Below are positions 27,015 to 40,292 of a DNA stretch of 64,000 bases, piece after piece; the first letter of the stretch is position 1, and every line of letters starts with the position of its first letter. The stretch is from Pristiophorus japonicus (taxonomy: Eukaryota). A model generated the notes under the pieces. That model did not search any database. It was not told the DNA's origin and worked only from the letters and a program-made list of their open reading frames with translations. The DNA lies in contig NC_091985.1 of the NCBI RefSeq assembly GCF_044704955.1, positions 203,980,001 through 204,044,000 of the forward strand, read 5' to 3'. A program made the translations under genes and the position numbers.

Positions 27015-28130
27015 ATGACAGATACAGAGTGAATCCCACACTCACTCACTGTACCACAGACTGTCAGATACAGAATAAGTCCCACACTCACTGTACCACA
27101 GACTGACAGATACAGAGTGAATCCCACACTCACTCCCTGTACCACAGACTGACAGATACAGAGTGAATCCCACACTCACTCACTGTACCCACAGACTGTC
27201 AGATACAGAATAAATCCCACACTCACTCACTGTACCCATGACAAATATGATTTATATAACGTATTAATAGCTCGTCTCTACTCCAAATATTTTTGAATCA
27301 CATTTGTCCACTATAATGTTAAAAACTGTTGTCTGTTGGGGCTGTCTCTGATCTGTAAATTTCACAGATATAGGATAAAACACTCTCACATACCAGAAAC
27401 TGACCGGTACAGAATAAAAGCAACACGCAGATACGGAAACTGACAGATACAGAATAAATCCCACACTCACATACCAGAAACTGACAGGTACAGAGGAAAC
27501 ACACACTCGCTTAGCCCAGATTGAGAGATACGGAATGAATCCCACATTCACATAGCACAAACTGACATATAAAGGTAAAAATCCACACTCAGATACCAGA
27601 AACTGACACCCCACACATGTACCACAAACTGACAGGTACAGAAAAAAAACACAATCACATTCCAGAAACTGAGGTACATATTAATTCCTACACTCACACA
27701 GCAGTAGCTGAAATAAAACCCACATTCACATAGCAGAAACTAACAGGTATAGAATTAAACCCACACTCACATATCAGAAACTGATGTACACAATAAAACC
27801 CATACTCACATCTCAGAAATTGACAGGTACAGAATAAACCCCATACTCACATATCAAAACTTGACAGGTACACGATAAATCTCAAATCACATAGCAGATA
27901 CTGACAGGTACAGAATAAATCTCACCTTCACCGCCAAATCTGACAGGTACAGAATAAAATACACACTCAGATAATAGAAACAGAGAGGTACAAAATAAAT
28001 CCCACGTTCACATAGCAGAAACTGACAGGTACAGTATGGAACCCACACCCACGTATCTGAACAATAATATGCAAGTAAAACCCATACTCGCCTATCGGAA
28101 ACTGACAGGGAAACACACACACCAGAGACT
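27015..28130 (+). repeat. ~40-bp satellite array
   Basis: Unit ACTGACAG(G/A)TACAGAATAAATCCCACACTCACATACCAGAA. Confidence 0.85.
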
Positions 28131-28479
28131 ACGGAATGAGTAGAACAGTTTCGGCACTCTTACCCCAGTGTCAGGCTCTCACAATCGTTGTTTCAGTAAT
28201 TTGGATGATAACTAACATGTTCTCAATGTGGCCCATTTAATTAGTGATAAAAGCAACTTGCGAAACAATCCCATTTTTGCTAATTTAATTTGTGACAAAA
28301 AGATGGTCTGAGCGTGAGCTAAAAACATGCTGCTCCTCCCCTCCCCCCACAGTGTTTAAACCGACGGGAAGGGCCCAGGCGAGCTCCCCTCCTCCAGCTC
28401 TGTCGGCGGCTGCCGTTTCCTCTGTGCTGGGCTGATGATCGTTGAACATGTCTGGTTCTACTCTGCGATTGTGGGTTTT

Positions 28480-31400
28480 CGTCTGGCACTGTCAATTTTT
28501 GGTATTTGAGTGTTGATTTTTTTTGTGAGTGCGGTTTTACTCTTTATTTATCAGTGTTTGATGTGTGAGTGTGGGTTGTAATCTGTATCCGTCAGTTACT
28601 GGTGTGTGAGTGTGGTTTTCACTCTCGACCTTTCAGTCTCTGGTATATAGCCACGTGCTAGTCAGAGTAGGAATCGCAGGATAGCGCAGATGAATACGTG
28701 GCTTGAGCAGTGGTGCAACAGGGAGGGATTCAAATTCCTGGGGCATTGGAACCAGTTCTGGGGGAGGTGGGACCAGTACAAACCGGACGGTCTGCACCTG
28801 GGCAGGACCGGAACCAATGTCCTAGGGGGAGTGTTTGCTAATGCTGTTGGGGAGGAGTTAAACTAATATGGCAGGGGGATGGGAACCAATGCAGGGAGAC
28901 AGAGGGAAACAAAAAGGAGGCAAAAGCAAAAGACAGAAAGGAGATGAGGAAAAGTGGAGGGCAGAGAAACCCAAGGCAAAGAACAAAAAGGGCCACTGTA
29001 CAGCAAAATTCTAAAGGGACAAAGGGTGTTAAAAAAACAAGCCTGAAGGCTTTGTGTCTTAATGCAAGGAGTATCCGCAATAAGGTGGATGAATTAACTG
29101 TGCAAATAGATGTTAACAAATATGATGTGATTGGGATTACGGAGACGTGGCTCCAGGATGATCAGGGCTGGGAACTCAACATCCAGGGGTATTCAACATT
29201 CAGGAAAGATAGAATAAAAGGAAAAGGAGGTGGAGTAGCATTGCTGGTTAAGGAGCAAATTAAGGCAATAGTTCGGAAGGACATTAGCTTGGATGATGTG
29301 GAATCTATATGGGTAGAGCTGCAGAATACCAAAGGGCAAAAAACGTTAGTGGGAGTTGTGTACAGACCTCCAAACAGTAGTAGTGATGTTGGGGAGGGCA
29401 TCAAACATGAAATTAGGGGTGCGTGCAATAAAGGTGCAGCAGTTATAATGGGTGACTTTAATATGCACATAGATTGGGTTAACCAAACTGGAAGCAATAC
29501 GGTGGAGGAGGATTTCCTGGAGTGCATAAGGGATGGTTTTTTAGACCAATATGTCGAGGAACCAACTAGGGGGGAGGCCATCTTAGACTGGGTGTTGTGT
29601 AATGAGAGAGGATTAATTAGCAATCTCGTTGTGCAAGGCCCCTTGGGGAAGAGTGACCATAATATGGTGGAATTCTGCATTAGGATGGAGAATGAAACTG
29701 TTAATTCAGAGACCATGGTCCAGAACTTAAAGAAGGGTAACTTTGAAGGTATGAGGCGTGAATTGGCTAGGATAGATTGGCGAATGATACTGAAGGGGTT
29801 GACTGTGGATGGGCAATGGCAGACATTTAGAGACCGCATGGATGAACTACAACAATTGTACATTCCTGTCTGGCGTAAAAATAAAAAAGGGAAGGTGGCT
29901 CAACCGTGGCTATCAAGGGAAATCAGGGATAGCATTAAAGCCAAGGAAGTGGCATACAAATTGGCCAGAAATAGCAGCGAACCCGGGGACTGGGAGAAAT
30001 TTAGAACTCAGCAGAGGAGGACAAAGGGTTTGATTAGGGCAGGGAAAATGGAGTACGAGAAGAAGCTTGCAGGGAACATTAAGACGGATTCCAAAAGTTT
30101 CTATAGATATGTAAAGAGAAAAAGGTTAGTAAAGAGAAACGTAGGTCCCCTGCAGTCAGAATCAGGGGAAGTCATAACGGGGAACAAAGAAATGGCGGAC
30201 CAATTGAACAAGTACTTTGGTTCGGTATTCACTGAGGAAAACACAAACAACCTTCCGGATATAAAAGGGGTCAGAGGGTCTAGTAAGGAGGAGGAACTGA
30301 GGGAAATCCTTATTAGTCGGGAAACTGTGTTGGGGAAATTGATGGGATTGAAGGCCGATAAATCCCCAGGGCCTGATGGACTGATCCCAGAGTACTTAAG
30401 GAGGTGGCCTTGGAAATAGTGGATGCATTGACAGTCATTTTCCAACATTCCATAGAGTCTGGATCAGTTCCGATGGAGTGGAGGGTAGCCAATGTAACCC
30501 CACTTTTTAAAAAAAAAAGGAGGGAGAGAGAAAACAGGGAATTATAGACCGGTCAGCCTGACATCGGTAGTGGGTAAAATGATGGAATCAATTATTAAGG
30601 ATGTCATAGCAGTGCATTTGGAAAGAGGTAATATGATAGGTCCAAGTCAGCATGGATTTGTGAAAGGGAAATCATGCTTGACAAATCTTCTGGAATTTTT
30701 TGAGGATGTTTCCAGTAGAGTGGACAAGGGAGAACCAGTTGATGTGGTGTATTTGGACTTTCAGAAGGCTTTCGACAAGGTCCCACACAAGAGATTAATG
30801 TGCAAAGTTAAAGCACATGGGATTGGGGGTAGTGTGCTGACATGGATTGAGAACTGGTTGTCAGACAGGAAGCAAAGAGTAGGAGTAAATGGGTACTTTT
30901 CAGAATGGCAGGCAGTGACTAGTGGGGTACCGCAAGGTTCTGTGCTGGGGCCCCAGCTGTTTACACTGTACATTAATGATTTAGACGAGGGGATTAAATG
31001 TAGTATCTCCAAATTTGCGGATGACACTAAGTTGGGTGGCAGTGTGAGCTGCGAGGAGGATGCTATGAGACTGCAGAGCGACTTGGATAGGTTAGGTGAG
31101 TGGGCAAATGCATGGCAGATGAAGTATAATGTGGATAAATGTGAGGTTATCCACTTTGGTGGTAAAAACAGAGAGACAGATATTATCTGAATGGTGACAG
31201 ATTAGGAAAAGGGGAGGTGTAAAGAGACCTGGGTGTCATGGTACATCAGTCATTGAAGGTTGGCATGCAGGTACAGCAAGCGGTTAAGAAAGCAAATGGC
31301 ATGTTGGCCTTCATAGCGAGGGGATTTGAGTACAGGGGCAGGGAGGTGTTGCTACAATTGTACAGGGCCTTGGTGAGGCCACACCTGGAGTAGTGTGTAC

Positions 31401-33180
31401 AGTTTTGGTCTCCTAACCTGAGGAAGGACATTCTTGCTATTGAGGGAGTGCAGCGAAGGTTCACCAGACTGATTCCCGGGATGGCGGGACTGACCTATCA
31501 AGAAAGACTGGATCAACTGGGCTTGTATTCACTGGAGTTCAGAAGAATGAGAGGGGACCTCATAGAAACGTTTAAAATTCTGACGGGGTTAGACAGGTTA
31601 GATGCAGGAAGAATGTTCCCAATGTTGGGGAAGTCCAGAACCAGGGGACACAGTCTCAGGATAAGGGGGAAGCCATTTAGGACCGAGATGAGGAGGAATT
31701 TCTTCACCCAGAGAGTGGTGAACCTGTGGAATTCTCTACCACAGAAAGTTGTTGAGGCCAATTCACTAAATATATTCAAAAAGGAGTTAGATGTAATCCT
31801 TACTACTAGGGGAATCAAGGGGTATGGTGAGAAAGCAGGAATGGGGTACTGAAGTTGCATGTTCAGCCATGAACTCATTGAATGGTGGTGCAGGCTAGAA
31901 GGGCCGAATGGCCTACTCCTGCACCTATTTTCTATGTTTCTATGTTTCTATATGTGTGGATTTTATCTGTAAATTTCAATCTCTGGTAGGCGAGTGTGGG
32001 TTTTACTCTCGGTCAGTTTCAGGTAATGTGGGCTTTAATCTGTACTGGTCAGTTTCTGGTACGTGAGTGTGAGTTTTATTTTGTATCCATCAGTCTATGT
32101 GTGAGTATTATTCTGTGAATGTCAGTCTCTGGGATGTGTATGTGGGTTTTCCTCCTGTCAGTTGCTGTTATGTGAACGTGTGTTTTATTCAAGTATGTGA
32201 ATGTAGATTTCACTCTGTACCTGTCAGTCTCTTGTGTGTGAGTGTGGCACTTTTTATCTGTACCTGTCTGTTTCTGTTATGAGTGCAGTTATATTCTATA
32301 CATCACAGTTTCTGTTATGTGAGTGTGGAGTTTACCACATTCTACCTGTCTGTCACTGGTATGTTAATGTGTGTATGTTTTCTGTACCTGTCAATGGCTA
32401 TATGAATGTTGATTTCATTCTGTGCCTTTAAGTGTCTGGTACAGCTGTGGTATTGTGGGTTTGACATTGAATCAGTCAGTCACTTTCAGGTGAGTGTTGA
32501 TTTTACTCTCTACCTGTCACTCTCTGATATGTGACTGTGTTTTATTCTGTATCAGTCCATCTCTGGGAAGTGAGTGTGGGTTTTATTCTGTATCTATCTG
32601 TTTCTGATATTTGAGTAAGGGTTTTAATCAGCACCTGTAAGTTTCTGTTATGGGAGTGTGGCTTTTAGTCTGTATTTCTCAGTCTTTGGCATGTGAGTGT
32701 GGGTATTACTCTGTATCTATCAGTCTCTGGAAAGCAAAAGTGTTTTTTTCTGCACTTGTCAGTTTCTGGTGAATGACTGTGGAGTTCACTATCTATCTGT
32801 CTCTGGTATGCGAGTGTGAGAATTTGTCTGTAGCTGTAAGGGCCTGGTATGGGAGTGTGGGTTTCACTATCAGTCAGTCAATCTCAGGTACTGGAAGTGA
32901 TTGTGATTCTCTCTCAATCTGTCAGACACATTGAATGAGTGTATGAATCATTATGTTTCTCTCAGTCTCTGGTATTGTTTGTGAGCATGGGATTGATTAT
33001 GTATCTGTTAGACTGGTGATGTGTGAGAGTGTGGGATTGATTATGTATCTGTTAGACTGGTGTTGTGTGGGATTGATTATGTATCTGTTAGACTGGTGAT
33101 GTGTGAGTGAGAGATTGATTATGTATCTGTTAGACTGGTGGTGTGTGTGAGTGTGGGATTGATTATGTAATTGACAGTCT
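28480..33180 (-). repeat. Same ~40-bp satellite in reverse orientation, interrupted by a CR1 (28650-31950)
   Basis: Unit TCTGGTATGTGAGTGTGGGTTTTATTCTGTACCTGTCAGT at 28480-28649 and 31951-33180. Confidence 0.8.
28650..31950 (+). mobile_element. Young 5'-truncated CR1 (end of ORF1; nearly complete APE-RT ORF2 with a few frameshifts)
   Basis: 491-aa APE ORF (28944-30419); RT ORF 30570-31190 with FADD; tail TTTCTATGTTTCTATGTTTCTA. Confidence 0.95.
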
Positions 33181-34309
33181 CTTGTACTGAGCTATTCTTG
33201 CTCTGTGTGACTGTTGGATTTGGTTCCGTCTCCACCTGCTGCAGGCGGATGATAGGTTGAGATTATCGATGACTGTCTCAGGAGGAGGTTTGGTTCAGTC
33301 CATTACCTCCATTTCTCTGCTCTTGTAAGTTAGCTGTTGGGTTTGAGAGTCAGTGTACAGACACCAGTGTGAATTGACACCGTGTCAGTGTCTAACTGAT
33401 CGTGGGTGAGAGTAAGGGAGTGAAATTGGATCTGCCTTTCAGTGCGATATGATTGGACTTTGAAATAACATATTATTGTACTACTCCAAGTGACTGTGGG
33501 ATTCATAATATAACTCTGGAAATTCGGATCACTGTGGGACTGACAGCTTCTGCTGCCTGTGACAATATGATTGAGGTCAGTTCTGTGTCTCTGCGCTCTG
33601 TGAGTGATAATGTACTTACTGTGTGTGAGAAGGAGCTGCCGGCACTGTTCCTTGTGTTCCGGGTTGAGGAAAGATCAAATTTATTCTGGCTTGAAGTATT
33701 TTGCTGAGAATAATAATAGGAGAACACTATTAGTTATGATATGGACAGAATATGGAGAGAATATAAAAATAAAGTTATTTATTACAATGCGTTTGTTTGT
33801 AATAAAGTAAAGTATCTGGAGAGAGGAATCCGCGATACAAACGGTGTCATTGCCTGATCTCACTGCAGTGCAGCGGCACTCAGATTCCCCACACCAGGTG
33901 TGTAGGATGGTTCTATAGTAAGTTATCAGCATCCAGACACAACCCCAACCCGGCACTGGTCCATGAATGGGACCACCCGATTGGCACAGTCCAGGTTTAT
34001 ATCTCCCACTCCCATGGGACTACCTGTAAAATTCTGAATTCCTTCCTGGAATATAATCACAGGTACTTGGGCTGTACAACAATTGTTCTCAGTCTATTGA
34101 AACCAAGTTGCGGACCTGTGTCATTAACAGAATGTCACAGTGACCGGATCCTGATGTATCTGAGGGAGTGACAATGTATCTCTCGATCACCAGCAACACG
34201 GTTCTGAGAATTCAACGCACCCAAACAAAATAACCCATTTTTGAAATGTCTCCTTTCACACTCCTCTTCTGGTGCCTGCAATAGATGCACTTTGTGACAC
34301 TCCTCACAT

Positions 34310-34680
34310 CCTCAATCTCAGGCTGTGTTTTCACTGTTCAATGTCCAAGAACAAGCACTGAAATTGGAACTGAATCAGGAACATTCATTACTGATTTGGG
34401 GAAAGAAAGCAGCAATGATTTGAAAGAGCGAGGTGGTTTACTTTCTCTGTTACCTTACACTGTACACACACAGCCCGAGAATGGCCTCGCCCTTCCCCCA
34501 TTCACTCCATGTTCCAGAACTAGTTCCTGCTCCACTCTGCCTCTTACAGACAGCCCCCGACTGCTGCTGAACTTACCCCGACTCAAAGCCCATCTGTGGA
34601 CATAGTCCCAATGCGATGAGCTGCTGTAAGGAGGCTACTGTTTGCTCCCTTACTCGGGCCCGGGATATCTCCGCTCCCTG
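34310..34680 (-). repeat. Diverged inverted paralog of 24050-24440
   Basis: CAGCCCGAGAATGGCCTCGCCCTTCCCCCA is the reverse complement of GGGGAAGGGAGAGGCCATTCTCGGGCTG (24236-24263); similarity continues on both sides. Confidence 0.75.
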
Positions 34681-35039
34681 CAGCAGATAGACAGGCAAAA
34701 ACACTTTTTAAAAAATAAAAAAAAATAAAAATTCAAATTACATTGTAAATAATACAATAAGGAGTATACAATAGTAAAATCACTATAATAAAGATTAATT
34801 ATAATTAAACAAAAATAATATATACCATAATTATAAATTAAGTTAAAATTAGAAACTCAGCAATTGAAGCAAATTAAATCAGTTATTAGCTTTCTTTAAG
34901 ATTCATTCCCTGTCCAGTGATTCAATTAATATTGGAAGAACCAATCTCCATCCTTGTGATGTCCTAATTTTATTACTTTTTATTTCTCATTTCGTCCCCT
35001 TGACAGGACCTGTGTTGGCTCCAGACTCGAGCTGCTTCC

Positions 35040-35510
35040 AGCTGCTCCAGGGTCAAAACTCCCTCCTGCTGCTCCAGGTTCAAAACTCCCTCCTGCTGTT
35101 CCAGGTTCAAAACTCCCTCCAGCTGTTCCAGGTTCAAAACTCCCTCCAGCTGTTCCAGGGACAAAACTCCCTCCTGCTGTTCCAAGTTCAAAACTCCCTC
35201 CTGCTGCTCCAGGGACAAAACTCCCTCCTGCTGCTCCAGGGTCAAAACTCCCTCCCGCTGCTCCAGGTTCAAAACTCCCTCCCGCTGTTCCAGGTTCAAA
35301 ACTCCCTCCCGCTGCTCCAGGTTCAAAACTCTCTCCCGCTGCTCCAGGTTCAAAACTCCCTCCAACTGCTCCAGGGTCAAAGCTCCCTCCTGCTGCTCCA
35401 GGGTCAAAACTCCCTCCTGCTGTTCCAGGGTCAAAACTCCCTCCTGCTGCTCCAGGTTCAAAACTCCCTCCTGCTGTTCCAGGTTCAAAACTCCCTCCAA
35501 CTGCTCCAGG
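35040..35510. repeat. 27-bp minisatellite, ~17 copies
   Basis: Unit CTCCAGG(G/T)TCAAAACTCCCTCCTGCTG. Confidence 0.95.
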
Positions 35511-35554
35511 CACGTGCTGCCTCCGTTGTAAGGGACACGCTTATGTTTAAATAA

Positions 35555-38500
35555 AAATAAAAAATGCTGGAAAAACTTAACAGCGTCTGTGGAGAGAGAA
35601 ACAGTGTTAACATTTTGTTAATCCTTCATCAGAATTGGAAAAAGTTAGAGCTGTAACAGGATTTGAAGCAAGTGTAGAGGCAGGGATATGGGGGGGGGGT
35701 GGTGAGGAAAGAACAAAAGGGAAGGTCTGTGATAGAGTGGAAGGCAGAAGAGATTAAGAAACAAAAGGGATGATGGTGCGAGGCAAAAGGAGATGGTAAG
35801 AAACAAAAGATGAGGACTAAGAGATGATTAAGTGGAGAAAAATAGAGTATGAGAGGAAACTTGCAAGGAACATAAAAAAATGTCTGCAAAAATTTCTATA
35901 AGTATGTAAAAAAACAAGATTAGTGAAGACAAATGTAGGTCCTTTAGAGACAGAAACAGGAGAATTTGTAATGGGAAACAAGGAAATGGCAGAACAATTA
36001 AATAAATACTTCGGTTCTGTTTTCACGGAAGAAGACACAAATAACCTCCCAGAAATGCTAGGGAACAAAGGGTCTAGTGAGCAAGTGGAATTAATGGAAA
36101 TGATTATTAGTAAGAAAATAGTGCTGGAGAAACTAATGGGACTGAAGGCAGACAAATCCCCAGGGCCTGATGATCTGCATCCCAGAGTATTAAAAGAGGT
36201 AGCCATGGAAATAGTAGATGCATTGGTTGTCATCTTCCAAAATTCTATAGATTATGGATCAGTTCCTGCAGAATGGAGGGTGTCAAATGTAACCTCACTA
36301 TTTAAAAAAGGAGGGAGAGAGAAAACGGGGAACTACAGACCGGTTAGCCTGACATCAGTAGTAGCGAAAATGCTAGAGTCTATTATAAAGGATGTGATAA
36401 CGGCACACTTAGATAATATCAACGGGATTAAAGAAAGTCAACATAGATTTATGAAAGTAAAATCACGTTTGACAAACCTACTGGAGCTTTTTTGAAGATG
36501 TAACTGATATAATAGATAAGGGAGAACCAGTGGATGTAGTGTATTTGGATTTTCAGAAGGCCTTTGATAAAGTCCCACATAAGAGGTTAGTGTGCAAAAT
36601 TAAAGCACATAGGATTGGGGGTAATGTATTGGCATGGATTGAAAATTGGTTAACTGACAGGAAACAGTAGGAATAAACTTTTTTGGGGTGGTGGGTAGTG
36701 ACTAGTGGGGTACCACAGGGATCAGTGCTTGGACCCCAGCTATTCACAATATATATATATAAATGATTTAGATGAGGGAACTAAATGTAATATTTTCAAG
36801 TTTGCTGACGACACAAAACTAGGTGGGATTGTGAGTTGTGAGGAGGATGCAAAGACGCTACAAGGCGATTTAGATAGGATGAGTGAGTGGGCAAACACAA
36901 GGCAGATGCAATATAACGTGGATAAATGTGAAGTTATCCACTTTGGTGGGAAAAACATAAGGACAAAGTATTATTTAAATGGTTATGACTTGGGAAGTGT
37001 CGATGTACAGAGAGACCTGGGTGTCCTTGTACACCAGTCATTGAAAGCAAACAAGCAGGTGCAGCAGGCAGTTAGGAAGGCAAATGGTATGTTGGCCTTC
37101 ATTGCAAGAGGATTTGAGTACAGAAGCAAGGATGTTTTACTACAGTTATACAGGGCCTTGGTGAGACCGCACCTGGAGTATTGTGTGCAGTTTTGGTCTC
37201 CTTACCTAAGAAAGGGTATACTTGCCATAGAGGGAGTGCAGCGAAGATTCACCAGACTGATTCCTGGGATGGCAGGATTGTCGAATAGGAGAGATTGGGT
37301 CGACTAGGCCTGTATTCACTAGAGTTTAGAAGAATGAGGGCGGATCTCATAGAAACGTATAAAATTCTGACTGGGTTGGACAGACTGGATGCGGGGAGGA
37401 TGTTTCTCCTGGATGGGAAGTCAAGAACAAGGAGGTCTCAGGATACGGGGTAGGAAATTTAGGACCGAGATGAGGAGAAATTTTTTCACTTGAAGGGTGG
37501 TGAATCTGTGGAATTCTCTACCACAGAAGGCTGTGGAGGCCAAGTCACTGAATATATTTAAGAGGGAGATGGATTGATTTCTAGAAACAAAAGGCATTAA
37601 GGGGTATGGGGAAAAGCAGGAATATGGTGTTGAGATAGAGGATCAGCCATGATATTGAATGGTGGTGCAGCCTCGAAGGGCCAAATGGCCTACTACTGCT
37701 CCTATTTTCAATGTTTCTATGAGTCTTGATAGGGCGTAAATGGAGATGGCAGAATCATCAACAGCTGCCATGGGAAAGACAAAAAAACAGAAAAGAAAAA
37801 AAATATAAGCAGAAGTTCTGGTTTGAAATTGTTGAACTCTTATGTCGAGTCCAGAAGGCCTAAACAGAAGATGAGGTGCTGTTCCTCGAGTTCTGTACTC
37901 AGCTTCATTAGAACAGTGTAGGAGGCCGAGGACAGAGATGTGGGAATGGGAGTGGGCCGGAGACAGGCGACCAGAGGCTCGGGGTCACCCTCGCGGACTG
38001 AATGGAGGTTTTCCACAAAGCAGTCACCCAATCTGTGTTTGAACTCCCCATTGTAGAGGAGACCACATTGTGAGCAGGGAATACATTATAAATTGAAAGA
38101 AGTACAAGTAAATCGCACTGTTTTACCTGGAAGGAGTGTTTGGGGCCCTGGACAGTGGGAATGGAGGAGCGAAAAGGGCAGGTGTTGCAGCTCCTGTGCT
38201 TGCACGGTAAGTTGCCGTGGAAAGGGGAGGGGTGCTGAGGGTGACTGTGGAGTGGATCAGCATGTCTCAGAGGGAGCGATCCCTTCGGAATACTGAGGGG
38301 AGGGGAAGATGTGATTGGTTGTGGGACCACCCTGGAGGAGGCGGAAAGGGTCCAAGATGATCCATTGAATGTGGAGGCTGGTGGGGTGAAAGGTGAGGAC
38401 AAGGGGAACCCCATCGTGGTTCTGGGAGGGCAAGGAAGGGGTGAGAGCAGAATGGCGAGAAATAGAACAGACACGGTCAAGGGCCATGTTAACCACAACA

Positions 38501-39480
38501 GAGGAGAATCCTTGGTTAAGGGAAAAGGGACATATCAGAGGCACTAGTGTGTAAGGTGGCATCATCAGAGCAGATGCGACGGAGATGAGAAATGGGTGAA
38601 TGGAATGGAGTCCTTACAGGAAGCGGGGTGGGAGGAACTGTAGTCCAGGTAGCTCTGGCAGCCAGCAGACAGTCATTGAATGTTTGTCAATAGCCTATCC
38701 CCAGAAATGGAGACAGAGAAGTCAAGGAAGGGAAGGGAAGAGTCAGATATGGACCATGTGAAGGTAAGGGAATGGTGGAAATTGGAAGCAAAGTGAATGA
38801 AATTTTCTAGTTCAGGGCGAGAGCAGGAAACCGCACCGATACGGTCATCGATGTACCAGAAGAAGAGGTGAGGGAAGGAACTGAGGAGGACTGGAACAAA
38901 GAATTTTCCACATATCCCACAAAAAAGCAGGCATAGCTAGGACCCTCGCGGATTCCCATAATTTGGAGGAAGTGAGTGGAGTCAAAGGAGAAGTTGTTCA
39001 ATGTGAGAACAAGTTCAGCCAGGCGCAGGAGGGTGGTGGTGGATGGGGACTGGTTGGGCCTCTGCTCGAGGAAGAAGCAGAGCCCCCTCAGGCTGTCCTG
39101 GTGGGGGATGGAAGTGTAGAGGGATTGGACATCCATGGTGAAAAGGAGATGGTTGGGGCCAGGAAACTGGAAACTGTTAAAATGGCAGAGGGCATCAGAA
39201 GAATCATGGATGTAGGCGGGAAGAGACTGGACAAGGGGAGAACAAATAGAGCTGAGATCAGGGTGAAACGATGGGTCTACCAGGGCAGTCCTGTTTGTGG
39301 ATCTTGGGAAGGAGGTAGAAGCGGGCTGTGCGTGGTTGGGGGTCTTTGAGGTTGGCGGCCGTGGAGGGAAGATCTCCAGAGGCATTGAGATCAGTGACAG
39401 TCTGGGAAACAATGGTTTGATGTTGGGTAGCGGGGTCATGGTCTGGGGGAGGTAGGAGGAGGTGTCAGAGAGTCGGGTGG
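35555..39480 (-). mobile_element. Decayed Penelope-like element (RT and GIY-YIG endonuclease), interrupted by a CR1
   Basis: Minus-strand TMDVQSLYTSIPHQD...LVLTLNNFSF...GPSYAC (PLE RT) and CKHRSCNTCP preceding the GIY-YIG region; terminal segment at 35555-35640 with a CTGATGA-containing motif. Confidence 0.85.
35815..37718 (+). mobile_element. 5'-truncated CR1 nested in the Penelope-like element
   Basis: RT ORFs 35923-36495 and 36705-37307 (FADD); CR1 tail; possible TSD ATGAG at 35810-35814 and 37719-37723. Confidence 0.92.
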
Positions 39481-39772
39481 CACATTCTGTATCGCACTGC
39501 AGGCTGGGTGAGACAGCCGCCATTAAATGTCTTGATCTTCCACCTAACGAGAATGTGATTGGAAGCAGGTGAAATGTGTTTGGAGCAAGGACAACAAAAT
39601 AAACTGAAACCCCAGCACTTGGTGTCATTAAAAACTGTCACACTCAGTGACGACACGCCCACAATTTAGTCAACTCTGGAAAATATTTTTTCCAGTCATT
39701 TTTATTAATTTAGATTTATTGAATGTTGTGACTGACGCCTTCAATTAATGTTTATTTTCCAACTGCAGCTCA

Positions 39773-39967
39773 CTCTGATTCCACTGGTGGATGATAATCG
39801 CCATCAGCCATTCAGAGGGAAGCAGATGCCCCCTTCTTAAAGGGCACAACCCATAAAGACTGGAACTTCACCACAATTAAAAGGAAACTTAGCAGATTAA
39901 ATTAGAGTTCTATTTGCTGGGGTGATGATGCACTCCAGTCCCTCCGGTACCCACCAGTCGCAGAAGG
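39773..39967 (-). mobile_element. 5'-truncated insertion of a second, diverged Tx1 family with a 14-bp TSD
   Basis: Minus strand encodes AFCDWWVPEGLECIITPANRTLI* (compare AFRERWAPEGLECIITPGNQILI*); flanked by CCAACTGCAGCTCA (39759-39772) and CCAACTACAGCTCA (39968-39981). Confidence 0.85.
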
Positions 39968-40292
39968 CCAACTACAGCTCAGGACCACATCTGTTGTGTG
40001 ACACTCTATGGAAAGCCTTCTGGAAGTCTCTAGACAACATCCATTGACAATCTCTTATCTACTTTATTAGTGACCAATAATCATGGAATCATACAGTGCA
40101 GGAGGAGGTTATTCAGTCCATCGAGTCTGTGCCGGCTTTTTGAAAACCTCTCCAATTAGTCCCACATCCCCGATCTTTCCCCAGAATCCCATAACTTCTC
40201 CCCTTCAAGTACATTTCCAATTTCTTCTTGAAAGTAATTTCCACCATTTTTCAAGCAATGCGTTCCACGTGGCTAGGAACAGAGAGCAGTGG

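Noticed and set aside
24995-33180. ~40-bp periodic repeats as CRISPR arrays
   Set aside because: The units are contiguous and diverged, with no unique spacers and no cas genes, in a vertebrate context.
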